The notes under the pieces: generated by a model
Database searches by the model: none
The model's input: only the letters and a program-made list of their open reading frames with translations
What the model was told of the DNA's origin: nothing
In this document: positions 48,415 through 58,093 of the stretch, one piece after another
Numbering within the stretch: position 1 is the stretch's first letter
Layout: each line of letters starts with the position of its first letter
Position numbers and translations under genes: made by a program
Assembly (NCBI GenBank): GCA_043747615.1
Contig: JAYTOU010000060.1
Location: 64,001-128,000 of the forward strand
Length of the DNA: 64,000 bases
DNA from: Myxococcales bacterium
GTDB lineage: Bacteria > Myxococcota_A > Polyangia > Polyangiales > Polyangiaceae
Reading direction: 5' to 3'

Positions 48415-49256
48415 GCGCTTACCCCGATTGGCAATCTGAGGTTCTTTTCGCTTTTTCGCAAGGTCCACGCAAGTAAGGCCACGTAAGGCATCAGGTATTC
48501 CACGAGGTTCGAGGCGTCGAGGTCGAAGTGGTAACGCCGCGAACTGTCGATGGAAACTGCGCCCACGACCTCGCCGTCCCGGTAGACCGGAATGACCAAA
48601 ATGCTCTTGTAGGCCTTTCCGGGAGGCGTGCCCGGATACTCCCCGTAGAGGTCTCCGGTGACAACCGGAATACCCTCGGCGATCACCGTTCCGGCGAGCA
48701 TGTCCTTCTTCGCGTAGCGCGCATGTCCAGCGCGGTGGTCGCGGTCGCGGGCGATGACGACGAGCTCGTCGCCCTCCTCCGCAAGGAGGTTCGCAAAGAT
48801 CGTGGGCCGTGCTTGGTCACGCCGATGATCGCGGACGTAGGCGGCGATGAGCTCGAGGGCCTTGCGCTGAAACCTGGCGACCTCTGGTGGAGTCATCAGC
48901 TCGCGTTGCTGCAGCTGATGCACGAGCTCATACAGTCGCAGCTTGCGATCGAGGTAGTTGCGCTCCACGACCTGCATGTTCTTCGGAGAATTTTCGCGGA
49001 ACTTTTTGAAGAGCTGCATCGCCAGAAGAATCCCTCCGGAGACGATCGCCTGCCTCCATCCCAACTTGACGAGGGGCCACGCGACGCAGCCGATTTGGAT
49101 GAGCGCCACTGCAACGGTGATCCACCAGCTCCGCGTGCGCAAGGACGTCGACACGTAGTGCCGCGCGACGATGAGCCAACGTTGCGCGCCGCGCACCGCT
49201 CCACGCGGCCGCGTGATGGCGAGCTTCGAATCATTTACTCCCCCGTCTTCGCCCAT
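48411..49256 (-). CDS. Two-TM plus GAF domain protein
   Basis: Two N-terminal hydrophobic helices; C-terminal YKSILVIPV...GEVVGAVSIDS...YHF GAF signature. Confidence 0.75.
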   Translation of the reverse strand: MGEDGGVNDSKLAITRPRGAVRGAQRWLIVARHYVSTSLRTRSWWITVAVALIQIGCVAWPLVKLGWRQAIVSGGILLAMQLFKKFRENSPKNMQVVERNYLDRKLRLYELVHQLQQRELMTPPEVARFQRKALELIAAYVRDHRRDQARPTIFANLLAEEGDELVVIARDRDHRAGHARYAKKDMLAGTVIAEGIPVVTGDLYGEYPGTPPGKAYKSILVIPVYRDGEVVGAVSIDSSRRYHFDLDASNLVEYLMPYVALLAWTLRKSEKNLRLPIGVSA

Positions 49257-49359
49257 CGCATCCTGATATCACGGGTGCGCCCGAGGCCAGGGGAGCACCG
49301 CGCAGCCAGGCGGCAGCTCGAAAATCACGCAGCGCATGCCCGGCACGTCGATGGATCGC

Positions 49360-49980
49360 TCATGAAAGACCGATGATGCGAAGGCCGACATGTCCGCTCG
49401 GTCCGACGATCGCGACGTCGTCGGCGCCGACGTGCGCGGTGACGTCGAGGCCCGCCCACTCGCAAGGCACGGAGTAAACGACGCCTTCGACGCAGACGAG
49501 CGAGCGCAGCGTGACTCTCGGCGCGTGCGTCCTCCGCGCATCGGAGTGGTGCTCGGGGAGCGGAAGACACTGTCCGCGCTCCGACAGAACTCTCTCCGTA
49601 TCGTGCGCGGCGTCGCGGCCCGAGTGCATGAGGCGCATCACGAACACCTCGCAGCGGCGACGTTTCCATTCGCACACGGCCTCGGTGACCGTGGTGATCC
49701 CGACCTCGTGCCCCTCGCCGACGAGCATCGCGTGCAGCCTCGTCGCCGTCAGCCGCTGCTTGCCACCCGTCCATCGCGGTGAGCCCGTGAGTATCGCTTC
49801 AATCCGCGACCCCACTTTTTCCAAGACCAGACGGCCTCGTGGCGCAATCAGCACCTTGTGCCGAACCGCGTGAACTTGATCCATGTTCAGCATCTCCCTG
49901 CGGCCTTAGCCGCTTTTTGAGGAATGCCGGGGGTGGATCAGTTTCCGAGCGGGAATTGGATCACTTTCCGAGCGGTGCCA
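49360..49980 (-). mobile_element. Degenerate IS21-family element (istA fragments plus left end)
   Basis: MDQVHAVRHKVL, KQRLTATRLH..L..EG, LV..EG..YSVP in shifted frames; terminal TG at 49980 and two 19-bp direct repeats TGGATCASTTTCCGAGCGG (49934-49952, 49957-49975). Confidence 0.8.
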
Positions 49981-50235
49981 TCGTGGCCTTCGACGGCACT
50001 CCGGGAGAGTTGCGAGCGCGCGTAGAAGCACACCTCGATGCACGCTCGGGCGCGTAGGAAATCGAACGAGCGTTTGAAAAGCACGAGCCTGGGCGAAAAC
50101 GCGACCTAACTCGCGAAGTAAGAAGATGGTCCTCGAAGTCGACCAAGCCGGCTGATTTGAAAGAGCCGCTCGGACCACGCCATCTACCAACGCTTACACC
50201 TCCGTCCGTCTTCGGAGTTGAGCTACTGTTGGGCA

Positions 50236-52299
50236 ATGAAGCTTCTTACGGCCACCGCGCGCTTGGCGATGCTCACGGGAGTCATCGCGACGGCGGGCCT
50301 AGCCTGCTCCGGAAAGACCCTGCCGTACGCCGGAGGGCTGATGATTGCGGTTCAAACGGATCTTGTCGCGCCCAAAGACGTCGCGGCCATCGGGCTGTTC
50401 ATCTCTTCGGACGGAAAGCCGATCTTCGGCGACACCCGCGAGGTTGCACCGAACGGCGAGGTGAAGTTCCCTGCGACCATCGCCGTTCTTGGTGACGAAA
50501 ATCGCCCGAAGGCGGTCGTCAAGGTCCGGGTCGTGGCGTTCGGGCGTGACGGTAAGGTCCGCGTGATGCGCGACGCGCTGACCACCGTGCCCCGCCGTCG
50601 AACGGGATTGCTCCGTACGCCGCTCCTTTGGGTGAACGAAGGGTCGGGCACCGGGTCGCGCTCCGATCTCGTGCAGAGTGCAAGCATCCGGATCCTGGAC
50701 GCCGTCTCAGATGGCTTCACCAAGCTCAAGTCCACCTGCCCGGGCACCGACCAGACGACCATCGACGACGCGTGCGTCGACGAGCACATCGATGGAGAGT
50801 CGCTTCCCGACTACCACGATGCGGACGTCTTCGGTGGCGGCACCGCGGACGGCATCGGCGGCACCTGCTTCGACGTGAAAGCGTGCTTCGAGTCGTCCGC
50901 TCCGATCGTCCTCGACGACATGACCGGTTGCACGACCACCCTGCGCGATGGACGCGACCCCAACGATCCCAAGCTGTCCTTCGCCGTCGCGTTAAAAGAA
51001 GACCCTGCCGGCGCCGCGAGCAGCACGGGGGAGTGTCTCGGCAACGGCAGCTGCCTCATCCCCCTCGACAAGGGCACGAGCTGGACGCTTCAGGGGAGCA
51101 CGATTCGGTTTACGCCAGGACTCTGCAAGCGCATGCGCGGCGCCGGTGCGCTCGTGCAAGGCCTCGTCGCTTCGTTCGGCTGTGCATCGAAGATTGATTC
51201 GACTCCCGCCTGCGGCCCGGCCTCTGCGGTCGGCCCCGGTAGCTATTCGCTTCCCGACGGCGGCATCATCCCGCCGATCAAAATCGGAGACTTCGAGCTC
51301 CCCGACACCGCGCTGTCGGAGTTCGCGCCGAACGCGGTGATCGCGCTCGGAACGGAGATCCTGCTCGCGCGCGCCGGCTCCACGACTCCAACCGTGCAGG
51401 ACCCGGGCGTTCGTGGCTTGACCTATCCCGCAGGCAGCGGCGCACCGGCGAACGTGAGTCACTGGTCGCCGATAATGCCTCCCGCCACCACGCCGGTCTA
51501 CGCGATGGCCGTGCGCCCAGGCGCAGGGCACGTTCTGGTGACCGACAGTGCCAACCGTGCGCTCATCGATTGCCAGATCCCCGTAGGATCGCCGTGGGTG
51601 TGCAACGAGATCCAGCTCTCCCTGGGCGACGGGCTCGCGGTCACCGCCAGCTCCACGCGCGCGTACGTGTCAACCGCCGGCCCGACCCCCGGGTTCCCCC
51701 TCTCCGTCTACGACTTCATGAGCCCGACGATGAAGCTCCTCGCCAATCCCTCGCTTCCCGCCGGCAAAGCCAGCGCGCTTGCGTCTGCGTCGGGGGGCAC
51801 GGATGGCTTCGTCTTCGTCGGCTTCAGCGATGGTGGCATTTACCGGTGCGACGCGCCGTGTGAAATGACCAACAACACGGTGCCGCTCGTTCCTCCGTCA
51901 CGCACGACCGAGCCGATCCTCGCGATGGCCATCCTCGAAGATGCGGCGAACAGCCGAAACTGGATCTTCTGGCTCCAGGCGTCCGGCCTCTTTCGCTTGG
52001 AAAACCCGTACGTCCTGGACCCGACGAAAGCGCCGATCCAACTGGCCACGACTACCGAGCTCGCGGCGCGTCCGGCCCTCGCGGTGGACAGCCGGTACGT
52101 CTACTGGGGCTCGCCAGGCGCTGTCTCCTACCGCCCGCAAGACGCGGCGGATGCAAAGGCGAAGCCTGGATCGCTTGCGTCCGATGCGACGCCCATCGTG
52201 GGCATCACCACCACGCTGACGCGCGTCCATTGGGCCACGCAAGGCGGCGCTCAGACCAACGGGAGCGTCTTCAGCGCTCGGAAAAAAGCGCCGTTTTGA
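50236..52299 (+). CDS. Cys-containing lipoprotein with a probable C-terminal beta-propeller
   Basis: Lipobox GLAC; GGLMIAVQTDL..PKDV, FPATIAV, LAVDSRYVYW. Confidence 0.75.
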   Translation: MKLLTATARLAMLTGVIATAGLACSGKTLPYAGGLMIAVQTDLVAPKDVAAIGLFISSDGKPIFGDTREVAPNGEVKFPATIAVLGDENRPKAVVKVRVVAFGRDGKVRVMRDALTTVPRRRTGLLRTPLLWVNEGSGTGSRSDLVQSASIRILDAVSDGFTKLKSTCPGTDQTTIDDACVDEHIDGESLPDYHDADVFGGGTADGIGGTCFDVKACFESSAPIVLDDMTGCTTTLRDGRDPNDPKLSFAVALKEDPAGAASSTGECLGNGSCLIPLDKGTSWTLQGSTIRFTPGLCKRMRGAGALVQGLVASFGCASKIDSTPACGPASAVGPGSYSLPDGGIIPPIKIGDFELPDTALSEFAPNAVIALGTEILLARAGSTTPTVQDPGVRGLTYPAGSGAPANVSHWSPIMPPATTPVYAMAVRPGAGHVLVTDSANRALIDCQIPVGSPWVCNEIQLSLGDGLAVTASSTRAYVSTAGPTPGFPLSVYDFMSPTMKLLANPSLPAGKASALASASGGTDGFVFVGFSDGGIYRCDAPCEMTNNTVPLVPPSRTTEPILAMAILEDAANSRNWIFWLQASGLFRLENPYVLDPTKAPIQLATTTELAARPALAVDSRYVYWGSPGAVSYRPQDAADAKAKPGSLASDATPIVGITTTLTRVHWATQGGAQTNGSVFSARKKAPF

Positions 52300-52312
52300 A
52301 GGAGATGCGCTG

Positions 52313-53689
52313 ATGCCTTCGCCCGTCAAAGAAGGAGAGATCCTGGCCGAGAAATACCGCGTCGAGCGCGTTCTCGGCGAAGGCGGTATGGGCGTCGTCG
52401 TCGCGGCGATGCACCTCGAGCTCGACCAGCGCGTGGCGTTGAAGTTCCTCCTCCCCGAGGCGTTGGCCCACCCGGAGATCGTCGAGCGTTTCGCCCGCGA
52501 GGCGCGCGCGGCGGCGAAGATCCGGAGCCAGCACGTAGCGCGGGTAATCGACACGGGGAAGATGGCGAACGGCACGCCGTTCATGGTCATGGAGTACCTC
52601 GAGGGAAAAGATCTCGCGGCGCTCCTCTCCGAGAACGGGGCGCTCCCGATCGAGACCGCCATCGAGTACGTCCTTCAGGCGAGCGAGGCCGTCGCGGAGG
52701 CGCACCATGCCGGGATCGTCCATCGCGATCTGAAGCCCTCAAATCTATTTCTTGCGGAGCAGCCCGACAACCGGTCGATCATCAAGCTGCTCGACTTCGG
52801 GATCAGCAAGCTTCCCGATCCGACGTCCACGCAGCTGACGCACGGCGGAGCGATGATGGGCTCGCCGAATTACATGTCTCCGGAGCAGCTCCGCGAGAGC
52901 AAGAGCGTCGACGCGCGCGCGGACATCTGGGCGCTCGGCGTCATCCTCTACGAGCTCATCGCGGGCAAGCTTCCCTATGCTGCAGAGTCGCTCCCGGAGA
53001 CCATGGTGCTGATTCTGAACAACAAGCCGCAGCCCCTCTCGGCGCACCGGCCCGACGTACCGCCCGCCCTCGTTCAGGCCATCATGAAGTGCCTGTGCTC
53101 GGACCGCGAGCAACGCTACGCGACCGTCGCGGATCTCGCGAGCGCGCTGGCGCCCTTCGCGGGGGATTCCCAGGGGGCCGCGCTGTCGGTGGCGAAGATT
53201 TCGCGCGTGCTCGGACACCCGAGCCAGCCTCCCGCCACGAGCATGCCGCCGCCGAGCGCTGCGTTGGACAAGACCGTTGCGCTCCCTGCGGTGGTGCAGA
53301 CGCAGTCGGGGGTAGCGGGATCGATCGCGCCGCCTCCGAAATCGCGGACGGTCGTTCTGCTCGGTGTCTGCGCGCTGCTCGTGGTGGTCGGTCTCGGTGT
53401 CTTCGCGTCGACCCGAGGTCACGGCGGCGCAAGTGGTCCGGGGTCGGCCACGTCGATCGCCGAGCCTTCGCGGCTACCTCCGCCCGCGATCCCGGCGGCA
53501 ACGGCGGTAGGCCCGGCGAGCATCGTCTCTGCCGTCGAAGCTCCGCCGCCTGCGCCTTCGCAGAGCGCCGCACCGAAAGTGAGACCACCGAAGCCCGTCG
53601 CCTCCGCGAACGCCGCACCGGCTGCAGCCTCATCGTCCACCTCATCGTCCACCGAGCAAAAAAACCCGCTCCAAATGGGAATCAAGTGA
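52313..53689 (+). CDS. Hanks-type Ser/Thr protein kinase with TM
   Basis: LGEGGMGVV, VALK, HRDLKPSN, DFGISK, GSPNYMSPEQ, DIWALG. Confidence 0.95.
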   Translation: MPSPVKEGEILAEKYRVERVLGEGGMGVVVAAMHLELDQRVALKFLLPEALAHPEIVERFAREARAAAKIRSQHVARVIDTGKMANGTPFMVMEYLEGKDLAALLSENGALPIETAIEYVLQASEAVAEAHHAGIVHRDLKPSNLFLAEQPDNRSIIKLLDFGISKLPDPTSTQLTHGGAMMGSPNYMSPEQLRESKSVDARADIWALGVILYELIAGKLPYAAESLPETMVLILNNKPQPLSAHRPDVPPALVQAIMKCLCSDREQRYATVADLASALAPFAGDSQGAALSVAKISRVLGHPSQPPATSMPPPSAALDKTVALPAVVQTQSGVAGSIAPPPKSRTVVLLGVCALLVVVGLGVFASTRGHGGASGPGSATSIAEPSRLPPPAIPAATAVGPASIVSAVEAPPPAPSQSAAPKVRPPKPVASANAAPAAASSSTSSSTEQKNPLQMGIK

Positions 53690-54702
53690 AGCCAAATCTC
53701 GCTGCCCTCGTTCTACTCGCGTCCGTGTCGTTCACAGCACCGGCGTTTGCCCAGCCGAAGAAGGCTCCGGTCGCCGCTCCCCCGGCCGTGCCCGTGGTGC
53801 AAAGCCCGCACACGCTCGGGGAAACGCTGACCGGCGAGGCGAAGGCAGAGTACGAGTCCGGCAAGGCGCTCTACCTCGACGGCGATTTCGGCGGAGCGCT
53901 GATGAAGTTCAAGAGCGCGCACGAAAAATCGTCCGACGTCCGGCTGCTTTGGAACATCGCTTCTTGCGAGAAGAGCCAGCGCCACTACGCGAACGTGCTT
54001 CGGTTGGTGAAGCAGTATCTGACCGACGGCGACACCACGCTCACGCCCGCCGACAAGGACGAAGCGCGGACGCTCATCGCGGCGATCGAGCCGCTCACCG
54101 CAAGGCTCAAAGTCACCGTCGATCCGCAGGGCGCGGAGGTCTACCTCGACGACGTGCTGGTCGGCTCGAGCCCGCTCGACAAACCGGTCACCGTCGACAT
54201 CGGCATGCGCAAGCTGCTCGTCAGAAAGGCCGACTACAAGGAGTTCGCCAAAGCGGTCCCCGTCGGCGGGAGTCCGGAGATCGCGGTCGAGGTAGCGCTC
54301 GCCAGGCTTATTCACGAAGGAAGGATCTTCGTACGCGCCGGCTCGAAGGACGAGATCTTCGTCGACGGAAAATACGTCGGCGCGGGAACGTGGAACGGCG
54401 TCGTGACGAGCGGTGGGCACGTCCTCCGTATTTCCGCGCCGGAGATGAGGGCCTACCAGTCCGAGGTCTTGATCAGCGACAACGAGACGCGCAACGTCGC
54501 CATCACGCTCGACAAAGAAATGAAGCCCGGCTCGGGAGTGCCCTCCTGGGTGTGGATCGGCGGCGGCGCACTTCTCCTCGGCGGAGTGGTGGCGGGGGGC
54601 TATTTCCTCTTTCGACCCGACGACAGGCAGCCCACCTTGCCCACCGGGACGCTCAATCCGGGGAGCGTACAGGCCTCGTTTCCAGGAGTTCGCTTCCGCT
54701 GA
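53686..54702 (+). CDS. TPR plus PEGA domain protein
   Basis: GTG overlaps the kinase stop; signal peptide; G.ALY..GDF..AL..F; P.GAEVY.D, EIFVDGK; C-terminal TM. Confidence 0.85.
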   Translation: MKPNLAALVLLASVSFTAPAFAQPKKAPVAAPPAVPVVQSPHTLGETLTGEAKAEYESGKALYLDGDFGGALMKFKSAHEKSSDVRLLWNIASCEKSQRHYANVLRLVKQYLTDGDTTLTPADKDEARTLIAAIEPLTARLKVTVDPQGAEVYLDDVLVGSSPLDKPVTVDIGMRKLLVRKADYKEFAKAVPVGGSPEIAVEVALARLIHEGRIFVRAGSKDEIFVDGKYVGAGTWNGVVTSGGHVLRISAPEMRAYQSEVLISDNETRNVAITLDKEMKPGSGVPSWVWIGGGALLLGGVVAGGYFLFRPDDRQPTLPTGTLNPGSVQASFPGVRFR

Positions 54703-54733
54703 TCCGCAACCTTTGTTGGGCTGGCGCGTCGTG

Positions 54734-54849
54734 ACTTGGTGAGGAATGAAATCATGACCAGGACCCTGGTGCCGTTCGGGTTTTTGGCGCTCTTGTCGGC
54801 CTGTCGTTCGGAGCCGACGAATGGCTCGAGCGCCGCGGCCCTGCGGTGA
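54734..54849 (+). pseudogene. 5' stump of a lipoprotein gene cut by the IS
   Basis: MTRTLVPFGFLALLSAC (lipobox) runs into the IS left IR and stops. Confidence 0.55.
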
Positions 54850-56020
54850 CGAAAAACGCATCTCGAGGGGAATACGCACATGGCCCCGCGGCCAGGCTAC
54901 CGCGTTTCCGGTGGCGATTCGCCGATGACATCGGCGGCCGGCTGCGCGAGCGTAGTCTCCGATGTTCGCCATCATCGAAGCGCTCCTTCGCGCGCTGCTG
55001 TCGGCATTGCAGCCCCGGGCATCCCTCGTCGCGGAGAACCTGGCGCTCCGCCAGCAGCTCGCGTCGCTCCTTCGCGCGAGACCGCGCCCGCGACTTCGGC
55101 CGATCGACCGGGCGTTCTGGATCCTGCTGTCGCGCACGTGGTCGCGCTGGGCCGACGTGCTTGCGATCGTACGACCCGAGACGGTGATCGCGTGGCACCG
55201 GCGCGGCTTCGCCCGATTCTGGACCTGGAAGTCCCGGCGTGTGGGTCGGCCACCCCTAGCTGCGGAGATCGTCCTGCTCATCGAGCAGATGGCGCGCGAC
55301 AACCCGCTGTGGAGCCGGCGGCGCATCGCAAACGAGCTTGCGAAACTTGGGCACGCCGTCGACAAGGACACCGTCGCGAAGTACATGCCCCGGCCTTCGG
55401 AGCGACCCCGACGTCCACCATCGCAGACGTGGAAGACTTTCGTGCGCAATCACCTCGGTGGCACGATCGCGATCGATTTCCTGACGGTGCCGACCGTCAC
55501 GTTCGGCATCGTGTACGTTTTCTTTGTCCTCTCTCTCGAGCGTCGGCGCGTGCTTCACGTCAACGTGACGACGCAGCCGCACGCGGCGTGGGCCGCACAG
55601 CAGATCGTCGAAGCGATTGGCGCGGACATCGTCCCCGCGCGCCTCATTCGCGATCGTGACGGCATCTTCGGTACCGTGTTCGATGCGCGCGTCGCTCACC
55701 TCGGCATTGCGCAGATGAAGATCGCGCCACGGTCTCCCTGGCAGAATGGATACGCGGAGAGGTTCGTCGGAACCCTTCGGCGAGAGCTGCTCGATCACCT
55801 GATCGTATGGGGCGAGCGTCATCTGCTTCGCGCCGTGCGTGAATACGTCGCGTACTACAACGGTGACCGTCCGCACATGTCGCTCGGCGCCGACGCGCCG
55901 ATCACAAGGTCCGTCGAGCCGCCGATTGGCGGAAAGATCGTGGCCATACCGAAGGTCGGCGGACTCCATCACCGGTATTCGAGGGTCGCGTGATCGCCGG
56001 ACGAGTATTTCGCCACCACA
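54842..56020 (+). mobile_element. IS481-like insertion sequence, 1179 bp
   Basis: Imperfect IRs TGCGGTGACGAAAAACGCATC and (reverse complement) TGTGGTGGCGAAATACTCGTC, 16/21 identical; TG...CA ends; no target duplication. Family assignment tentative. Confidence 0.75.
54962..55993 (+). CDS. DDE integrase-core (rve) transposase
   Basis: ENLALRQQL, V.PETV..WHR.GF, IDFLTV, LIRDRD, P.SPWQNGYAER..GTLRRE.LDH, YYN..RPH, GGLHH.Y. Confidence 0.92.
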   Translation: MFAIIEALLRALLSALQPRASLVAENLALRQQLASLLRARPRPRLRPIDRAFWILLSRTWSRWADVLAIVRPETVIAWHRRGFARFWTWKSRRVGRPPLAAEIVLLIEQMARDNPLWSRRRIANELAKLGHAVDKDTVAKYMPRPSERPRRPPSQTWKTFVRNHLGGTIAIDFLTVPTVTFGIVYVFFVLSLERRRVLHVNVTTQPHAAWAAQQIVEAIGADIVPARLIRDRDGIFGTVFDARVAHLGIAQMKIAPRSPWQNGYAERFVGTLRRELLDHLIVWGERHLLRAVREYVAYYNGDRPHMSLGADAPITRSVEPPIGGKIVAIPKVGGLHHRYSRVA

Positions 56021-56532
56021 ACGAAGGCGTCATCCTCGAGATCCTCCGAGAGGTGCGCGAGCGTGTCACCGCGCAGAGCAAAGACTCGAGCACGGAGGTC
56101 GGTCAACTCGAAGAGCAGGCGACCCGACTGCGGCGCGAGACGATGAACCTCGCCGAGGCCATCGCGCTCACGAACGGAGGCGTCCAGGCGCTGGCCGAGA
56201 AGCTCAGTGAACGGCAGGAGCGCTTGTCCACGATCGACGCGCGCCTCAAATTGCTCAAGGCCGCACCCGGGGTGATCTCCCTCGAGGTTCGGCGCCTCGA
56301 GGCTGGCGTGCGAAAGCGCATCGCCGACCTGAACGCGTTCCTCGAGCGCGACACCGAGGAAGCGCGCAACGTCGTGGAGAGCCTCCTCGACGGGCCGCTC
56401 ACCTTCACGCCCCTCGAGACCGACGAAGGCCGGCGCTACCTTGTGCAGGGTCGGATAGCGACGGGAGACATTCTCCGCGTGCTATCCGATCCGCAACATG
56501 AGCGTCCCCAAGGGGATTCGAACCCCTGTTAG
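56021..56532 (+). pseudogene. C-terminal remnant of a probable large serine recombinase
   Basis: Coiled coil (NLAEAIA..G...AL.EKL) then AR....LL.GP..FTP....Y...G; frame reads into the antisense tRNA 3' end (RPQGDSNPC*); 5' part replaced by the IS. Confidence 0.62.
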
Positions 56533-56575
56533 CAACGTGAAAAGCTGCAGTCCTGGGCCTCTAGACGATGGGGAC
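56503..56575 (-). tRNA. tRNA-Glu (anticodon TTC), CCA not encoded
   Basis: GTCCCCA TC GTCTAGAGGCCCAGGAC T GCAGC TTTTCAC GTTGC TAAC AGGGG TTCGAAT CCCCT TGGGGAC G folds as a cloverleaf. Confidence 0.95.
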
Positions 56576-56635
56576 AGTGAAAACTGACGAAGCCGACCGG
56601 ACTACTAGCCTGCCTCCCCGATTTCGTCCACGCCC

Positions 56636-58087
56636 TTAGAGGTCGAAGCCGAGATACAGCCGAATCCCGCCGCGGGCGCCGGGTGAATCCATGTAGAACC
56701 GCTGTCCGCCCGAGGTCGCAGCTCCGGTGCCGTAGACTTCCACGAAGCCGGAAGCCTCCAGAAATAGCCTCTTGCCGGCCGAAACCTGCACGCCGAGATC
56801 GGCGACCCAGACGCCACTCACGCCGCTGCCATGGGCGTCGATGGTGGGCGCGCGAAGTTGGGCGACGTGCGAGGCGATGCTCTCGAAGTTGAAACCGAAG
56901 CCCGTACCGGCGACAAAGCGAAACTTTCCGTTCGTCCGGAAGCGCAGCTCGGGGCCTAGATCGAAGTAGGTCACGTTCACCATCGCCGCCGTGCCGGCTG
57001 GGCCCGCGTAGGTGCTCGGTTTCATCGATCCTAGCTCGGACCAAACTTCGAGCATCATGCTCGAATTGACGCGCCATCCTGCTTTCACGGCCAGCGCGCC
57101 GCCTCCGTAGGCATGATCGACAGCGCCGGTCGGATCGTCTCCGAACGTGATCGCTCGGTGAGTGCGCGTCCCTCCTTCGAGCGCGCCGCCCGCCATCACA
57201 TAAAACTTCCGCTCAGGTTCCAGCGGCGGCGGCGGCGGCGACTTCGACGGCACTACCGCCGGAGGGGTCGCCGTGGGCACGGCTTCGCTCATCGCGACCG
57301 GCACGTCGGTGTACGCGTTCGGAGCAACGAGCACGTCCCGCGCATTGAGCGGATACCCTTTCGCCGTGAGCTCCACGCGGTGCGTACCCGCTCCAAGATC
57401 GCCTTCCCATTCCCCGAACGCGAGGGGGACTCCATCGATCGCGATCGACGCTGCCGGCACGTCGGCGCGCACGTGCAGCCTTCCGCGCACGGACGACGAA
57501 ACGGGATACATCTCGATCGTCACCGGTGTGTCCGCTTGGCCGGCGGTAACCAGGATGCGCTGCGACCCATCCGCGTACCCGTTCGCGTGCGCGCTGAGCG
57601 TGTGATCGCCCGCGCCGAAACGAAGCGGAGCCCCAAACCGCTCGGCGGGGATCGGCCGTCCGTCGACCGAAACTTCCACGACGGGCGGACGCGTTCCCAG
57701 CGGCGCGCCGTGAAGAAGGACTCTCAGACGCACCACCGTGACGAGCTCGCTCATCTCCTTGATCGCTTTTCGCGCTGCCGCCCGCACCTCGGGTTTTATC
57801 GAGTCTCCGCCCTCGACGAGCATCTCCTCGAGCGTGTCGATCGCGTCTCCGTGGCGTTTGAGCCCACGCTGGCAAAGCGCGACGTTGCGCTTGATTGACG
57901 CCACCGGTTTCGCCGCATACGCCGCCAGAAATTCGGCGAGCGCCGCTTCGTAGTCTGGAGGCTTCGTGTCGTAGAGGCGGACTCCGTTCGAAAAGTGGGT
58001 GTGTGCGCGCTCCGTGAGCTCGTCGGCCCGCACTGGGGTCGCGACGAAAAAAAACACCAACGCGAAGACGTAAACGACAGAACGCAT
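56636..58087 (-). CDS. TPR plus PEGA domain protein with a C-terminal beta-barrel-like region
   Basis: Signal peptide; A..HF..GV.LY....DY.AAL.EF; VSVDG, ASIAIDG; ends LYLGFDL. Confidence 0.82.
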   Translation of the reverse strand: MRSVVYVFALVFFFVATPVRADELTERAHTHFSNGVRLYDTKPPDYEAALAEFLAAYAAKPVASIKRNVALCQRGLKRHGDAIDTLEEMLVEGGDSIKPEVRAAARKAIKEMSELVTVVRLRVLLHGAPLGTRPPVVEVSVDGRPIPAERFGAPLRFGAGDHTLSAHANGYADGSQRILVTAGQADTPVTIEMYPVSSSVRGRLHVRADVPAASIAIDGVPLAFGEWEGDLGAGTHRVELTAKGYPLNARDVLVAPNAYTDVPVAMSEAVPTATPPAVVPSKSPPPPPLEPERKFYVMAGGALEGGTRTHRAITFGDDPTGAVDHAYGGGALAVKAGWRVNSSMMLEVWSELGSMKPSTYAGPAGTAAMVNVTYFDLGPELRFRTNGKFRFVAGTGFGFNFESIASHVAQLRAPTIDAHGSGVSGVWVADLGVQVSAGKRLFLEASGFVEVYGTGAATSGGQRFYMDSPGARGGIRLYLGFDL

Positions 58088-58093
58088 CGCGTC

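Noticed and set aside
49934..49975. CRISPR-like direct repeats
   Set aside because: Only two copies with a 4-bp gap; explained as IS21 terminal repeats.
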